Source: the human T2T-CHM13v2.0 reference genome, Homo sapiens. Taken from it: DNA of 64,000 nucleotides. This document shows, in pieces, positions 15,142 to 31,993 of the stretch; position 1 is the stretch's first letter; the number at the start of each line of letters is the position of its first letter. The notes under the pieces are model-generated. The model searched no databases. It saw only the letters and a list, made by a program, of their open reading frames with translations, and was not told the origin of the DNA. The translations under genes were made by a program, and so were the position numbers. The stretch lies in NCBI RefSeq assembly GCF_009914755.1, contig NC_060925.1, one strand, 5' to 3'.

Positions 15142-16037
15142 CAAACAGAACCCAAAGAACCAACCCCCCATGCTGAGTTCTCTCCTTGTGCAACTCTGCA
15201 AAATGAGAACAGAAAATGAAGTGGGCCGTGGAGGTGGGGGCCCTGGGGAGGGGCGGGAGCTGGGAGCCAGGAACAGGCAGGAGGGGGCTGCTGGGGCATG
15301 GACGCTGGCTTTCTGCCCCGTGTGCCTGGTGGTTTCTGGTACCTGGTCGTCGTACCTGGTGGCTCTACCCAGGCTGGGGGTCGAGGGGAGGGGCCCCCAG
15401 AGGCCCCTGCCAGCCTGTGGCATTCAAGCACTGCCAGGACAAGCCAGATTGGGCGGTGGAAACACACGGGACAGGGAGGCGGCCACCAGTGCCCAGGCTG
15501 GTACCTGCCGCAGGTGCCAGCCTGCACCTCTTCTGATCTGAACTTGCCCCAAGTCCACCTGCGTCTCCCTCCTTCTCTCCAGACTGCCCCCTCCCAGATC
15601 CTGAAAGGCCCCTGCAGCATCAAATGGTTGATTTTAGTCTTTGCTTAAATTAAAAAATTAAAATATATATACATATATATACTGTACACACAGGACAATA
15701 ACAGAGAGTGTTGAAAAGGGAGGTACAAGAGCGGGCCGGGGAAAAGCCAGGGGCGGGGGCTGTGGCCCAGGGCTGCTGGGAGGGAGGCAGGGCTGGGTGA
15801 TGGGACAAAGGCAGCGGGGAAGGGTGAGAAGTTAGGGGACCAGAATGGGGGGCAATTTATTTTACAATAAAAACAGGAGTTCAAACCTCAGCAGAACAGG
15901 ACTCTGGGGTCCCCAGAGGGCCCTCCTCACACTGGGTGAGGAGGGGTGGGCTTAGGGGGACGACAGGGGTGGGCGGGGAGCTCGGCTTCAGGTTTAGATG
16001 ATGACGGTCCCTGGTCTGAGGGAGAAGGGCTGGAGTC

Positions 16038-16087
16038 TCAGCTTCTCCGTGACTTCGAGTGTTGAATAAGCCACTGTAGGGTGATGT
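16038..16087 (-). CDS. ARL8A: ARL8A exon 7 (DITLQWLIQHSKSRRS-stop)
   Basis: AG acceptor 16088-16089; TGA 16038-16040; 50 nt. Confidence 0.96.
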
Positions 16088-16720
16088 CTGATAGGAGAAA
16101 AGAGAACAGCTTATAAGGCCTGCAAGTACTGGCCGTGCTGGGGCAGCAGAGAGGCCCAAGAAACCAAACCTAAGGGTATCAGAAGTCCAGAGATGCCAGG
16201 AGGGGTGGCGCACACCTGGAGTCTCAGCTACATGGGAAGCTCAGATGAGAGGATTGCTTGAACCCAGGAGTGGAGTTGGAGGCTGCAGTGAGCTATGGTC
16301 ACGCCACTGAACTCCAGCCTGGGTGACAGAGCGAGACACTTTCTCAAAAACAAACAAGAAGTCCAGAGCTGGCAAGCGCCACATGGCCCTGAATGAGTAG
16401 TAGCGGAATTCAGGTGCTGGGAAAGAGACAGAGCCACAGCATGTCAGAGCCAGCAGGGACCTGAGAATCACCGGGTCCAGCCCTGGAATCTTAGAAACGA
16501 GGAGGTGAAGCCCAGAGCGGGGATCGATTTGCCCGAGATCACACAACCGCTTGGCGACAAGCTGGGATAGTGCCCAGAATCTGGGCCACCTGGCTGCCTT
16601 TTCTACCCAAGAGCCACAGGGCTTTGGACTTCAGGGAAAGTTGTGGAGCGAGAACCTGAGAGCCACTAAAACACTCAGAAATGCCTCTCCCCTCTCCTCC
16701 CTTTCCCCCATCCTACGCAC

Positions 16721-16791
16721 CAATGTTGTCCTTTTCTTTGCAAGAGATGGAGTAGCAGCAGATCTCTCGGTCCTGGATGGCAGACAGATTC
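16721..16791 (-). CDS. ARL8A: ARL8A exon 6 ([23 protein letters not shown])
   Basis: CAG acceptor and GTGCGT donor; 71 nt; G5 SCK motif. Confidence 0.96.
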
Positions 16792-17029
16792 CTGGGGGAA
16801 ACCAGAGTAGAGTCCGCTGAGGCTACGAACGTCCAGGGGGCCTGGGGCTAGGGGACAGCGGGGCCTTTTTCTTACCTAAGAGGCTACAAAGGGGAGGGTG
16901 AGGTGCCTGAAAAGGTCGGCTCTGCTGCCACCGTGTGGCTAATACTAAGAACAGCAGCAAGCCTAGGCTGTTGGTCTGGTGGTTGGGGAATTGGGAGAGC
17001 AGAAAGTAATATAGAGTCACCCAACTCAC

Positions 17030-17097
17030 ATTTTCTCAATCAGCTCCTTCTCATCCAATGCTCCCGGAAGGTCTCGCTTGTTACCCAGGACTAAGAC
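17030..17097 (-). CDS. ARL8A: ARL8A exon 5 (VLVLGNKRDLPGALDEKELIEKM)
   Basis: G4 NKRD motif; TAG acceptor and GTGAGT donor; 68 nt. Confidence 0.96.
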
Positions 17098-17277
17098 CTA
17101 CGGAGAAGGGAGGGTGAGGATGAGGTCTAGGGCAGCCGTGCCCAGGTTGTCTGGGTGGTGAGCTGGCCTCCTGGGTCCCGTTTCCTCTCTGCGCCCCTAC
17201 CATGCCTGGCTTTTACCTGCTCCCAGTGACTTCCCAGCCGAGCTCCCTCCCCATCCCGCTCCCTCAGGTCTGCTGAC

Positions 17278-17371
17278 CGGGATGCCCTGCAGCTGAGGTT
17301 TGTCCAGTAGGTTGTGGAGCTCGTTCTTAGAGGCCTCAATCTTCTCCTGGTCAGCAGCATCCACCATGTAC
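17278..17371 (-). CDS. ARL8A: ARL8A exon 4 ([31 protein letters not shown])
   Basis: Canonical splice sites; 94 nt. Confidence 0.96.
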
Positions 17372-17755
17372 CTGGGGAAAGAGGCAGGGTGGGGACAAGC
17401 ATGTTGACACCACAGGCTGAGGTGGTGCAAGGAAGAGAAGGAGCTGCTGCTTGGAGGTGAAAGCATCTGTTGCAGCTTGGTCACCTCGGGATCCATGGGC
17501 TACCTGGCCTGGCTCAAGGCAGGTGCTCCGCGGATGTTTTCTGAGTCTATGGGAGTGAACAGCTGCAGGGACTCCTTAGGCCTGCCATTAGCCTCCAAGT
17601 GCTACTCTGGGGAAGCCGTTACTCATGTGGAAAAGCGTGGGCCCTTTGAGATTAGCTGTAAGTCCCTCTCAAAGTGACCCACTTATGTTTTCATGGAAAG
17701 ACTAAATAAGGTTAGAGTGAAAAAAGCAAAGGAAACCTTAGAAGATTTCTTTTAG

Positions 17756-18893
<1,138 letters not shown>

Positions 18894-18924
18894 AAAAAAA
18901 ACATTATTTTTAAAAAGCAAGAGA

Positions 18925-19212
18925 GGGCTGGGCGCGGTGGCTCATGCATGTAATTTGGGAGGCCGAGGCAGGCAGATCACCTGAGGTCGGGAGTTCAAGA
19001 CCAGCCTAACCAACATGGAGAAACCCTGTCTCTACTAAAAATACAAAAGTGGCCAGGCGTGGTAGCGCATGCCTGTAATCCCAGCTACTTGGGATGCTGA
19101 AGTGGGAGAATCGCTTGAACCTGGGAGGCAGGAGGTTGTGGTGAGCCGAGATCGCACCATTGCACGCCAGCCTGGGCAACAAGAGCGAAACTCCGTCTCA
19201 AAAAAAAAAAAA
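18925..19212 (+). mobile_element. AluSp/Sq-like
   Basis: Alu consensus. Confidence 0.92.
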
Positions 19213-19534
19213 GAATCATTTAAACCACACAAAATTCAGGACAGTGGTGACTTTGGGTTGAGGGGAGGGAGACAAGTCAATGAAGAGGATGCACAGGTGC
19301 ATCTGGCTGGTTAATAGTCTATAGTCTGTTTCTTAGATTGGGTAGTGAGTGCCCAGGGCATTTATCCAATAAGAAACAAGTGGCATGCAAAATAAACGCA
19401 GGCCCTGGACCGACACTGTGTCATGAACCAAGGATTATGTCTAATAAAACCCTGCGCCTCTGAGGTCCTCGAAGGTAGCAGGGCTAGGGGGGCCGGGTAA
19501 GGCTGGAGTCTGGCGATGCCTCCCGTGTACTTAC

Positions 19535-19608
19535 ACGATGGCGCTCACTCCTCGGCAGTAGCGCTCCCACATGCTGCGGAAACGCGGCTGTCCCCCAATG
19601 TCCCAGAG
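19535..19608 (-). CDS. ARL8A: ARL8A exon 3 ([25 protein letters not shown])
   Basis: G3 WDIGGQ motif; GTAAGT donor; 74 nt. Confidence 0.97.
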
Positions 19609-19864
19609 CTGAGCAAGAAGAGGGTGAGATAGCCTCAGTAGTGGGCAGGCCACCAAAACGTGTCTTGGGTCTCAAATGCCCCCTCCTACCCTGCCCTACT
19701 CTCCTCTGCCTCCCCGGCTTCCTCTCCAGTTCTCCCCCGTCTCCACCCGCTCTCCGTCTACCTTAGAAGTCTTCTACTGTCTTTTCCCAGCTCCTCAGCA
19801 GGGGGACCCTGGCCTCTGCCCCACTTCAGCTCGCTCCTCCCAGGGGCCTCCGTTGCCCTCCCCA

Positions 19865-19891
<27 letters not shown>
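19865..19891. repeat. (AC)n microsatellite in ARL8A intron 2
   Basis: Read directly. Confidence 0.95.
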
Positions 19892-19895
<4 letters not shown>

Positions 19896-19931
19896 CAGTC
19901 CTCTGCACCCCCCAAGCTTCTGGGCCCTCAC

Positions 19932-20012
19932 CTTGATAGTCACATTCCCTTTGGTGATTTTGCGCATGTTGAAACCCACGGTGGGGATCATGTCCTCGTT
20001 GAACTGTCCTGA
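19932..20012 (-). CDS. ARL8A: ARL8A exon 2 ([27 protein letters not shown])
   Basis: Switch I PTVGFN; canonical splice sites; 81 nt. Confidence 0.97.
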
Positions 20013-20856
20013 CTGGAAAGAAGACTCAGAATGGGAAACAGTGCAAAAATCGATATGCCCCCACCGCAGACCAAGAGGCTGCGAGAACCATGCAGAGGCC
20101 AGGCCAGAGCTTCCTAGACTTCCCACTGTGGGGTACTCTTGCACATCCTGTGCTTTCAGGCAGGATGGGCTATCACCAACCTATGTGTCCCGCCTACACC
20201 TGGGGATGCCCTGTGAAAAGACCCGCTTTTGTCAGACAGTCTCAATCTCTTTGCCTAGACTAGGGGAAAATTCTTCCTCAAGTCTAACCTACATCTCTCT
20301 GTAGTAACTGACGCCACTTTCTCTCCAGTGGAGAGGAAGAAGAAATTACCTTCCAGCAAGAGAACTTGAAGCAAGTCATGTTCTAATAGTTAAGGAGGAT
20401 CTCAAAGAAAGCAGATGAATTTTCAAACTAAAAAATCAAACTTTTTAGGGCAGAGTATATTGGTCATCCTGAAAATGCAGTGCATGCCAAGCAATTTCTG
20501 GATTATCCATGGTTCAGTTTATTTGTACTGTACTCCAGTTATTGGGAAGGATAACCTACACTCTATATCGTCTGCTTATTTATCTATGTGTCTCCTCACT
20601 AGAAAGAACACTTCCTGGGAGAGGACCCAGGTCTATAGTAACACCATTAGTAAATGTTTGCTGAATACTGGGGGTTTGACTGTAATTCCATTTTCCAAAA
20701 TCCATTCTGTATTGTCTCTAGGATTTCTGGATTCTTCTAAACTACCTACAGTCTTCAAATAAGGCCAGACCCAACTCCCTCCCAGGTCATATCTCCATGT
20801 TCACAGGTAGGACACTTCTGCTTATCCCTTGGAAGCAGGCTAAAGAGATGGGGCTC

Positions 20857-21508
<652 letters not shown>

Positions 21509-21677
21509 AAGCCCTGTTCCTTTACCATGCCTTTTTCTCCCACCAGCTGGTAGGAATAATTTGCCTTGGGTTACATAAAGAGATCAGGGGCCCTGACCAT
21601 TAGCCAAGATGTAGGAGATGATTGGCTCTTATTTGGTGCCTCCATGTCCACATGAAGACCCCTGATATCCCATCTGA

Positions 21678-22000
<323 letters not shown>

Positions 22001-22097
22001 CAATTCCCTTTTATCTGCAGGAACCACCTATTCATCAGGGCCTTAGGATGATATAAGAACTGAGTACCCAGGACTGACACCCAATGACAAGGTCCAG

Positions 22098-22276
22098 CAG
22101 CGGTTTCCAACCTGAGGTCCACAGTTGGGCTTCAGAGATCCCCTGAACCCCCTGAAACTGTACACAATCTGTGTGTGTGCAAAGTTTTGTTTGTGTGTAC
22201 ATTTTTCTGGAGAAAGGGTCTCTCACTTCTTTCAGATATCAAAAAGTTCTGAGAGCCCCCAAAGTTAGGAACCACT
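22098..22276. mobile_element. hAT-Charlie-type DNA transposon MITE (family uncertain)
   Basis: Terminal inverted repeats cagcggtttccaac ... gttaggaaccactg. Confidence 0.55.
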
Positions 22277-22912
22277 GAGGAAGAGGGAATGGCTTCTTCT
22301 AGCTAAGCAGGGAGAATTAAGTGTGCTGTAATTACCCAAACCCCGGCAGCCTGCTGCAGTCTACCCCATCCCCAACAATAGAGTCTGAGGAAGGAGGCCC
22401 AGTTCTTGTTTGTCTCTCATCCCAGGGGGTGCTTGGATAAGAAACTTGAACTTCTCTGGACCTCAGTGTTTCTGAATGTAAAACTGGGGAGAAGGGTTTC
22501 GGTCTCCTAGGAACTGTAAATAAGACTCACAACATGCTTGGAAATGGTTTCGATATAGCATGGGGAACCATCACTGCTCTTTGGCAACTAGAAGATCCAC
22601 AGGCTACCAAGTAAATGAGAAGCCCAGCCTGGCAGAATGTGACCTTGGCAGAGGGGGATGCTGGGAGGACCTTCAAGGAGCCAGGCTCCCCGGCACCAGT
22701 AGGTCTTGTTCAGCTGTGAATCGGAGCTAAGGTGGAATCAGATTATGACTTAATTTCCCTGCTAATGCCTCCCTGTCTCATAGGCTCCTCATTTAAGGTT
22801 GGAAGTAACCTGAAGTCATGCAGCCCAACCTCTTGTCTCAGACTTCAGTCCCTTCTGCCCCATCCCCTCTTGGGTCAGTTCCAACTATCAGAAAGTTCTT
22901 TATATTGAGTTA

Positions 22913-23725
<813 letters not shown>

Positions 23726-26008
23726 GATGTTTCAGGTTCTTAGAAGCAGTGTATATAATTTCTTTCCAGCTCACATTAACCTGCTGAGCAGCTAGACACA
23801 CTAAACTCAATTTCTATTTACAGCCAGACCTCATAGGGTGAGTAGAAAAAACCCAATGGCGAAAGATCTGAGACAAACAGAGGCCAAATGAACAGGCACA
23901 GGTAATTCAGAAATTCAGTGGTAGGCATGGGAACAGAGCCCAGGGGTCCCAACTCTTCGTTTCTTTCTGGAAGACACTCAACTGTGATTATACACGGGGT
24001 GGGCAGCAATGCCAGTGTGGTAGCCCCAGAGGATCTGAAAACACTGGAGTGACCGGGACACTGGAATTCCAACTGCAGCCCACATGGGGTGGTTTTCCTT
24101 GGGAAGCCTCTCTAAAGAAGGGAATTTAGCTTGCCTGCTCTTTTAGAATGTGCCAGCGGAAGTGGCAAATTTAAGATTAAAAAGGGGACCTTGTGGGCTG
24201 GAGATGGGGGGCTTTTCCTGTATATCACAGGAACTCTTGACCCTGGCAGGGGAATTTGGGACTCTTGGGTTCTGTTTCTGGCCTGCTATAGTCTCCAACT
24301 CTCTGGATATGATGCTGGTCTAGAGGGGGCCCTCCTGTCAAAGGCTCAACTGCAGACCCAGAAACCGAACCCACCTGGGTACCTGTGGATCCCTGTCCCA
24401 GAGCACAGCTATAGTAACACCCTGGGGAACGAGGAGATACCTAGGCCCAGCTGCATTTCTCAGACCTAAACGCCTAGAACCCAAGCCACCTAGGCCTGCA
24501 GAGTCAGGTCAGAGTCCAGGTGTTATGTGCCTGCTCTGGGAATCCAAGAGCCTAAGTCAATGCCAAGTTTAACCAGAGGGTCTCTGACCCCAAGGGCAGA
24601 GCCTAGGCAGACAGAGCCCAGGGGTGTTAGCTCCGAAAATTACTGTGCCAAAACCGCAGCATTGGCCTGAAGATCCTGCCCTGTCAGGTCAGGAGACAGG
24701 AGACACTGGGTCGAGGAAGGGCAGAGGTCATTTGCAGAGCATGTTTGGGAAAGGAAGCCAGTGTTCAATTGTGTAACCACAGGATGCCCGCCCCTCGAGC
24801 TTTCCATCTGCCTTCATGCCTCAGGTCCAATGAAGTGACGTCCCCTGCCTTCTAGGACGCTGAGAACTGTCGAGGAGGCCCATCTTCTGCAAGGTGGGGC
24901 AACAACACGGACAGGTAGAGGTACCTAGGCCGGCTGGATACATTCCTCTGCTGACCTATCTCATCAGTATCTTTGGTTACTATCTGGCCAACTCACAGTT
25001 GTGGGAAACCTCAGCTTTGGGACTGGGGCCAGGTCCCTGGACAACCCCAGCCCCTGTCCCATGCTTCCTCGACCCACAAGCCCTGTCTAGCCTGGCTCTG
25101 ACAGGCAGGCCGCAGCCATTACGGCAGCCTCAGCTCACACCCATGGAGCTCATCTTCCCCTTTTTTGAGAGAGATTTTAACTCCTTCCCCACCACTCCCC
25201 TGGCGCTGAAAGACTTACAATCACCCACTTCAGTGTTGACGACCCAAAGCCCTTAGAGCCACTCTCCCAAGGCCCCAGTGGGCCGTGCCCCTACACCTCA
25301 TCCTCTCTTGTCGGGAGCACCTGCTCCTGAAAACTTCTGAGCCAGACGGAGTCTCCAAACTCCCGTTACCATGCGATCCTCCCTGGACCCCCGGCTAGAC
25401 ACTGCGGGTCGGGGAGAAGTTGGGGAGGAGTCTGGGCTTGAGCCAAGGGCCTCAGCTGACTCCTCTACCCCGGGGGATACCTCCCCTCCCCCTCAATAGG
25501 GCCGGGGCTTCCTCTTCCGGCAAGGAGGGGTTAAGCCCTCTGGGTGGGGCTGGGCTTGCCCAAACCCCCTCCTCAAGCCTCTCGGCCGCCCCGTCCCGTG
25601 ACCCTCTACCCGCGGGACAGGAAGGCCCGTGCACTTTCGCCCCGTCATGCCCCCTTGCGCGGGGGCCAGAGGGGGCCCGTCTCAGCCGGCAGCGGGTCCC
25701 TCCTGCTTCGAGAGCCCCTCGGTGCCGCCTGCCCCGTGGCACCGGCCCTGTCTGTTCGTCCCCCTTCCCCTGCCCCCAGCCGTGCAGTACCGGCCCGGGT
25801 GAGAGAGCGGGTCGCGCGCCGCCCCGGTCCCCCACGGCACGGGCCGTACTAGGCCCCAAGCGCTCGGGGCCGGCTCCTCCCCCGCCCGGCGCCCGGCCGT
25901 GCCCGGCTATGCCAGGCGGCGACCCCGGCTCAGCAGGGCGCGGCGCGGGCGGGGACAGGCCCGACCCGCGGCCCGCGCCCGGGGACCCCGCGCCCGACGC
26001 CCTCGTAC

Positions 26009-26131
26009 CGCGATCACGTTGACGAAGGTGGTCTTGCCCGAGTACTGAAGCCCGACCAGCGTGAGCTCCATCTCCTCCTTCCAGAATAGGGCCTTGAACC
26101 AGTCCAGCAGCTTGTTGAACAAAGCGATCAT
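26009..26131 (-). CDS. ARL8A: ARL8A exon 1 coding part (amphipathic helix and P-loop)
   Basis: accATGa start; [41 protein letters not shown]; GTACGA donor; the 7 exons total 561 nt = 186 aa lysosomal Arf-like GTPase. Confidence 0.98.
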
Positions 26132-26427
26132 GGTCGCTGCCGCCGGCCCCGCCCGGTGCCAGGTCCCCGCCGCCCCTCGCTGCCCTCGCGCTGCGGCCCG
26201 GAGCGGCCCCTCCCCGGTACGGCCCGGGTCCCGCGGCTCGGTGCGGGCGGAGGCTCGAGCGCGGCGGCCGACGACTCGCTGCCCCGGAATCGGCTCGCCG
26301 ATGGGTGTGGCTTCCGCGCCCTCCTCCTCCGCCGCCGCCGCCGCCCTCCCTCGCGGCCGGGCCGTGTCCTGCTCGCACCCGAGCGCGCGCTCCTCCCTCG
26401 CTGGAGCCGGGGGGCCAGGGGCCGCAC

Positions 26428-26482
26428 CCGCAGGTGGGGTGAGCAGGGAATCCGCAGGTGGGGTGAGCAGGGAATCCGCAGG
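26428..26482. repeat. 24-bp tandem duplication upstream of ARL8A
   Basis: ccgcaggtggggtgagcagggaat x2 plus ccgcagg. Confidence 0.95.
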
Positions 26483-27395
26483 CTTCAGCGGCGGGGGTTG
26501 ACCGGCAGCTGGCGTCGAGAGGCGCTTGGGAAATGGGGTCTAATTTATTTTAGACCCTGTCCCCGACTGCCGCGCCCTGACTGGCACCCCCTTTCTTAAA
26601 GGGTGGTGGGCTCGAGGTGGGTGAGGTTCCGGTTAAGCAGGAGCCTTTTCAGGTTGAAGGAGAGTGGGTCACCCACTTCCCAGGACACGGAGATGAGATC
26701 TCTACGACAGGGAGGCAGATGGAGGCTTTTTTGTCCCTGAACCCTTGCCTCTGAGCATTCCTGGGTACAGTCCCATCCTCTCAAAATGCACCCAGTGCAG
26801 AGGGACAACCGTATTCGGGTCTTTTAATACTCCATCTTGTTTTGTTCACCACAATTTACCCCGACCACTTGTTAGGAAGCCTCTGGCCCCAAGTGAAACA
26901 GACGCTTGAACTTGCTCCGGATTTTTACCAGCATCCCCAAGATACCCAAACAGATACAGTCCTGGCAGGGGGTTTTCAGTGAGGAACGTCTGTGACAAAG
27001 GAAAATGTTGCCCTGTTTTGGTGAAAAGCAGAGTATTCTTCAGGAGGAGAAGTGATAGTTCTCCTCTTGAAGTGGGTCTGGAGTGCCTGCAAAGATGCCT
27101 TACTCCTGCCCCTCTCCTTGCAAGACCCACCCATAGGACCTGCTCAGGCAGGCTGACAACCTCAGCTGGCAGTCCCGGGTAGGCTCAGGCTTCGGGCAGT
27201 CCCCAGCCTATGCTGGCTGCCCGTTGGGGTTTGGTTTTCAAATGTAGTCATATGTAGTCTATTGTTTTAGTCAAAAGTGGGTAAACTATCAATATCAACC
27301 ATATCTGTCCAATCAACTGGAGTTAGATGACCCCAAATAGTCAAACAGTTACCAAAGTAGAAGAATCACAAGGTTTCGGCTAGCATAATATTCTG

Positions 27396-27691
27396 TTTTT
27401 TTTTTTTTTTTTTTTTTTGATGGGGTCTCACTGTGTGGCCCAGGCTGGAGTGCAGCGGTGGGATCTCGACTCACTGCAGCCTCCACCTCCTCGGGCTCAG
27501 GTGATTCTTCTACCTCAGCCTCCCGAGTAGCTGGGACTACAGGCATGCGCCACCATGCCAGCCTAATTTTTGTATATTTGGTAGAGACGGGGTTTTGCCA
27601 TGTTGTCCAGGCTGGTCTCGAAGCCCTGAGCTCAAGCCATCTGCCTGCCTCAGCCTCCCAAAGTGCTGGGATTACAGGCATGAGCCTGGCC
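27396..27691 (-). mobile_element. AluJ-like
   Basis: Alu consensus. Confidence 0.92.
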
Positions 27692-27766
27692 AATATTCTG
27701 GTTTATTAAGCACCATCTTTCTAACCTCTGCCCTTTATAAGTCCTCCTCTAGCTCCTAAGATAAAG

Positions 27767-28392
<626 letters not shown>

Positions 28393-28600
28393 TGAGGGTC
28401 CACCCTGTCTCACTTCCTAAATTGACTTTGGTTTCACCTTACTTTATGTCCTTGGAAGTGCTAGAAAAGTGCATATCCCAAGGGCAAAGATTTGCAGCCT
28501 GCCTGTCCCTGGTCTGCAGTCTTTCTCTCTTGCTACAAAGAGGCCCCAGAGGGCCAAGAAGAAGATGGAAAGAAGGAATGAGTCAGTCATCCAAGAAGTC

Positions 28601-28606
28601 TTTATT
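28601..28606 (-). terminator. PTPN7 poly(A) signal
   Basis: AATAAA on -, ~1.57 kb past the stop. Confidence 0.75.
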
Positions 28607-30172
28607 TTCCCACTTGGTTACTGTTCTGGAGCTTGTACCCTCTGAGCTCTGAGATGGGGTTGGGGGGACAGTGCCAAGGAGGGCCTGTGGGGCTGTGCAG
28701 TTGCTTCCCTCTGGGCTGGCTCTGAGCCCAGGGCAGGATCAGGCACTTGAGAGCCCCCCACCGAGCCTCATTGGCATAGACAGTCGTGCCTCTCACAGGG
28801 CTCAGGGGAGGTGGAGGTGTGGGCAAGTCCATCCCCAAGGCTGTAAGGAAGGAGCAGCTCCTCCATAAGGCCAAGCAGAAGCATTAGGGAAATCATCCTC
28901 AGTTTTAGCACTGCGTGTTCTTCAGGAGAGAAGTCCTGAGTGAGGAGGCCCAGCTGTTCTCCAGATCCAACTCCTCGGGGGTTTCCACAGAGAGCTGGTA
29001 TCAAGGCAGCTGTCAGGGGCGGCGTGCCTGGTGATGCGGCATCTTACCTTCATCCCCATCTCAGAATGGGCAGCCAGTCTCAGATTCAAGGAGGAGGAAT
29101 CCTGAGGTGTGGCGTTCAGTCCTGAGGTAGACCTGAGGTCCCCTGGAAATTGTGTTGATGCTGAGATGGATGAGGGGTGCTCATTCTCTCAGGTAGACAG
29201 TGAGGAGTCCTGGTTCAGCCGAGCCTCCATGTCTGCATGGATGGTTATGACCCTGATTGTTTTTGGAAACAGCCAAGCTCTCTAGGTGTACTCAGCAAAT
29301 GCAAGGTATAGTGGGTCCTGCATACCCAGGGTATTATTTGAGCCATGGAAGCAAAACAGAGACTGCTTAGCCTCCCTAAGAGTAGTTGGTGGGAGAGGCC
29401 AGCAACCATGGAGGCAGGAGCAGCTCCTCTTTGCCTCTGAGTAGTCCCCACATGTTCCCTCTTCCAGAGATTTCAACTGCCAGGCCTGGTCACCTCTGTA
29501 GCCTACTCTTATGACACATGGGTGGAGGCAAGGGTAACCAGAGTCCTTGTTCTTTCTTTTGATTGGGGTCATCCAGCCCTTCCGATGTGTGGTCAGGGAG
29601 CAGAGTCACTGATAGGATGTTGAGACTTGGAGATCAGGACCAGACTTTTCCCCATTCTTGCATCTGGCCTGTGCTTGGGCAGGACCTCGGGTGAAGGATG
29701 ATCTTGGAATCACCCTTTTGTCAGCCCCAGGAAGGAGTGGCTGGAGTGGCTTCTAGAAACTTCTCTCATTACTTTTCCCTCATGGCAGCTAAGCACTTAT
29801 GTTCATGTTATAGAACAGGAAACTGAAGCTCACAAAGAGTGTCTCAGAGAACACCAGGACACCTGGGCTTCTTTCTTTGTCTGTCATAAATGCCAGCTCC
29901 TGTCTTTAAGTTCAGAGAGACATTGGAGGTTCCCCTTACTGTCCATCTGGGGCCAACAGAGGAAGCAGAGGAGTGGCCAGTGTTGAAGACCTGGAATCCG
30001 GCCCCTTGTCCTTACTGCTGCTGCTTCCTGTGACTGCAAGCACCACTAAGGAGGCACTCCTTCCCCACACCAACCCAAGGGGTACCCCCAGATCACTCGG
30101 CCCACTTTCCCCAGACCCACCTTCCCAGGCTTGAGGGAGGTAGGCACCTGGGCCACCGGAGGGTGGCAGGGG

Positions 30173-30266
30173 TCAGGGGCTGGGTTCCTCAGGCAGCTGG
30201 CCTGCATACAGGGCCAAAGTGTGGTGCAGGAACTGGTACTGCTCTGCCGTCTGGATCATCCCCCCT
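30173..30266 (-). CDS. PTPN7: PTPN7 last coding exon (GGMIQTAEQYQFLHHTLALYAGQLPEEPSP-stop)
   Basis: Q-loop IQTAEQY; TGA 30173-30175; 94 nt. Confidence 0.96.
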
Positions 30267-30413
30267 CTGCAAGGAGAAACACACAGACCATGAGTGAAGG
30301 AGGGTCAGGGTGCTGGCTGAATGGCTCCAGTCAAACATCCCTGTGGTCCTACTGGGAAAGTCCTGACTTTCTCAAAGAACATGCCAACTCCTTTGCCTAT
30401 ATTCATCTTTTCA

Positions 30414-31701
<1,288 letters not shown>

Positions 31702-31879
31702 ATCCAGATAGATATTTTTTCCTGGTTGTTAGTTGTAAAATAAACAGCTCTAAGCAGAAAGGGTTTCTTCCTTTCTTGCAGGAGTGCTTGATGGTGATGG
31801 GCCTAGCAGAACTCTGGGGCCCAGAGGCACTGATGCCATCCGTTAACGTTGTTGGCCTTGTTTACACCCACAGACCCAC

Positions 31880-31993
31880 CTGTCTAGCCGCAGTTGGCAC
31901 ACAATACCCAGAATGTCCACTTCTCCTCGGGCTTTCAGCTGTTGACAGCCAATTCGCGTGGCGATGAAGCAGCCCGTCCGGCCAATCCCTGCA
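31880..31993 (-). CDS. PTPN7: PTPN7 exon (SAGIGRTGCFIA...LRLD)
   Basis: Second half of the HCSAGIGR catalytic motif; 114 nt. Confidence 0.96.

Larger units (their letters stand above)
25550..26580. promoter_or_regulatory. CpG island / ARL8A promoter
   Basis: Very high GC and CpG density around exon 1, GC boxes, (CCG)5 at 26329-26345. Confidence 0.9.

Noticed and set aside
15187-15673. miR-19-type seed (TTGCACA) and Pumilio element (TGTATATA) in the ARL8A 3' UTR
   Set aside because: Single short motifs; need conservation or CLIP evidence.
25420-26599. Long overlapping ORFs (200-308 aa) at the ARL8A 5' end
   Set aside because: Stop depletion in a CpG island; low-complexity Gly/Ala/Pro/Arg content and mostly non-ATG starts.
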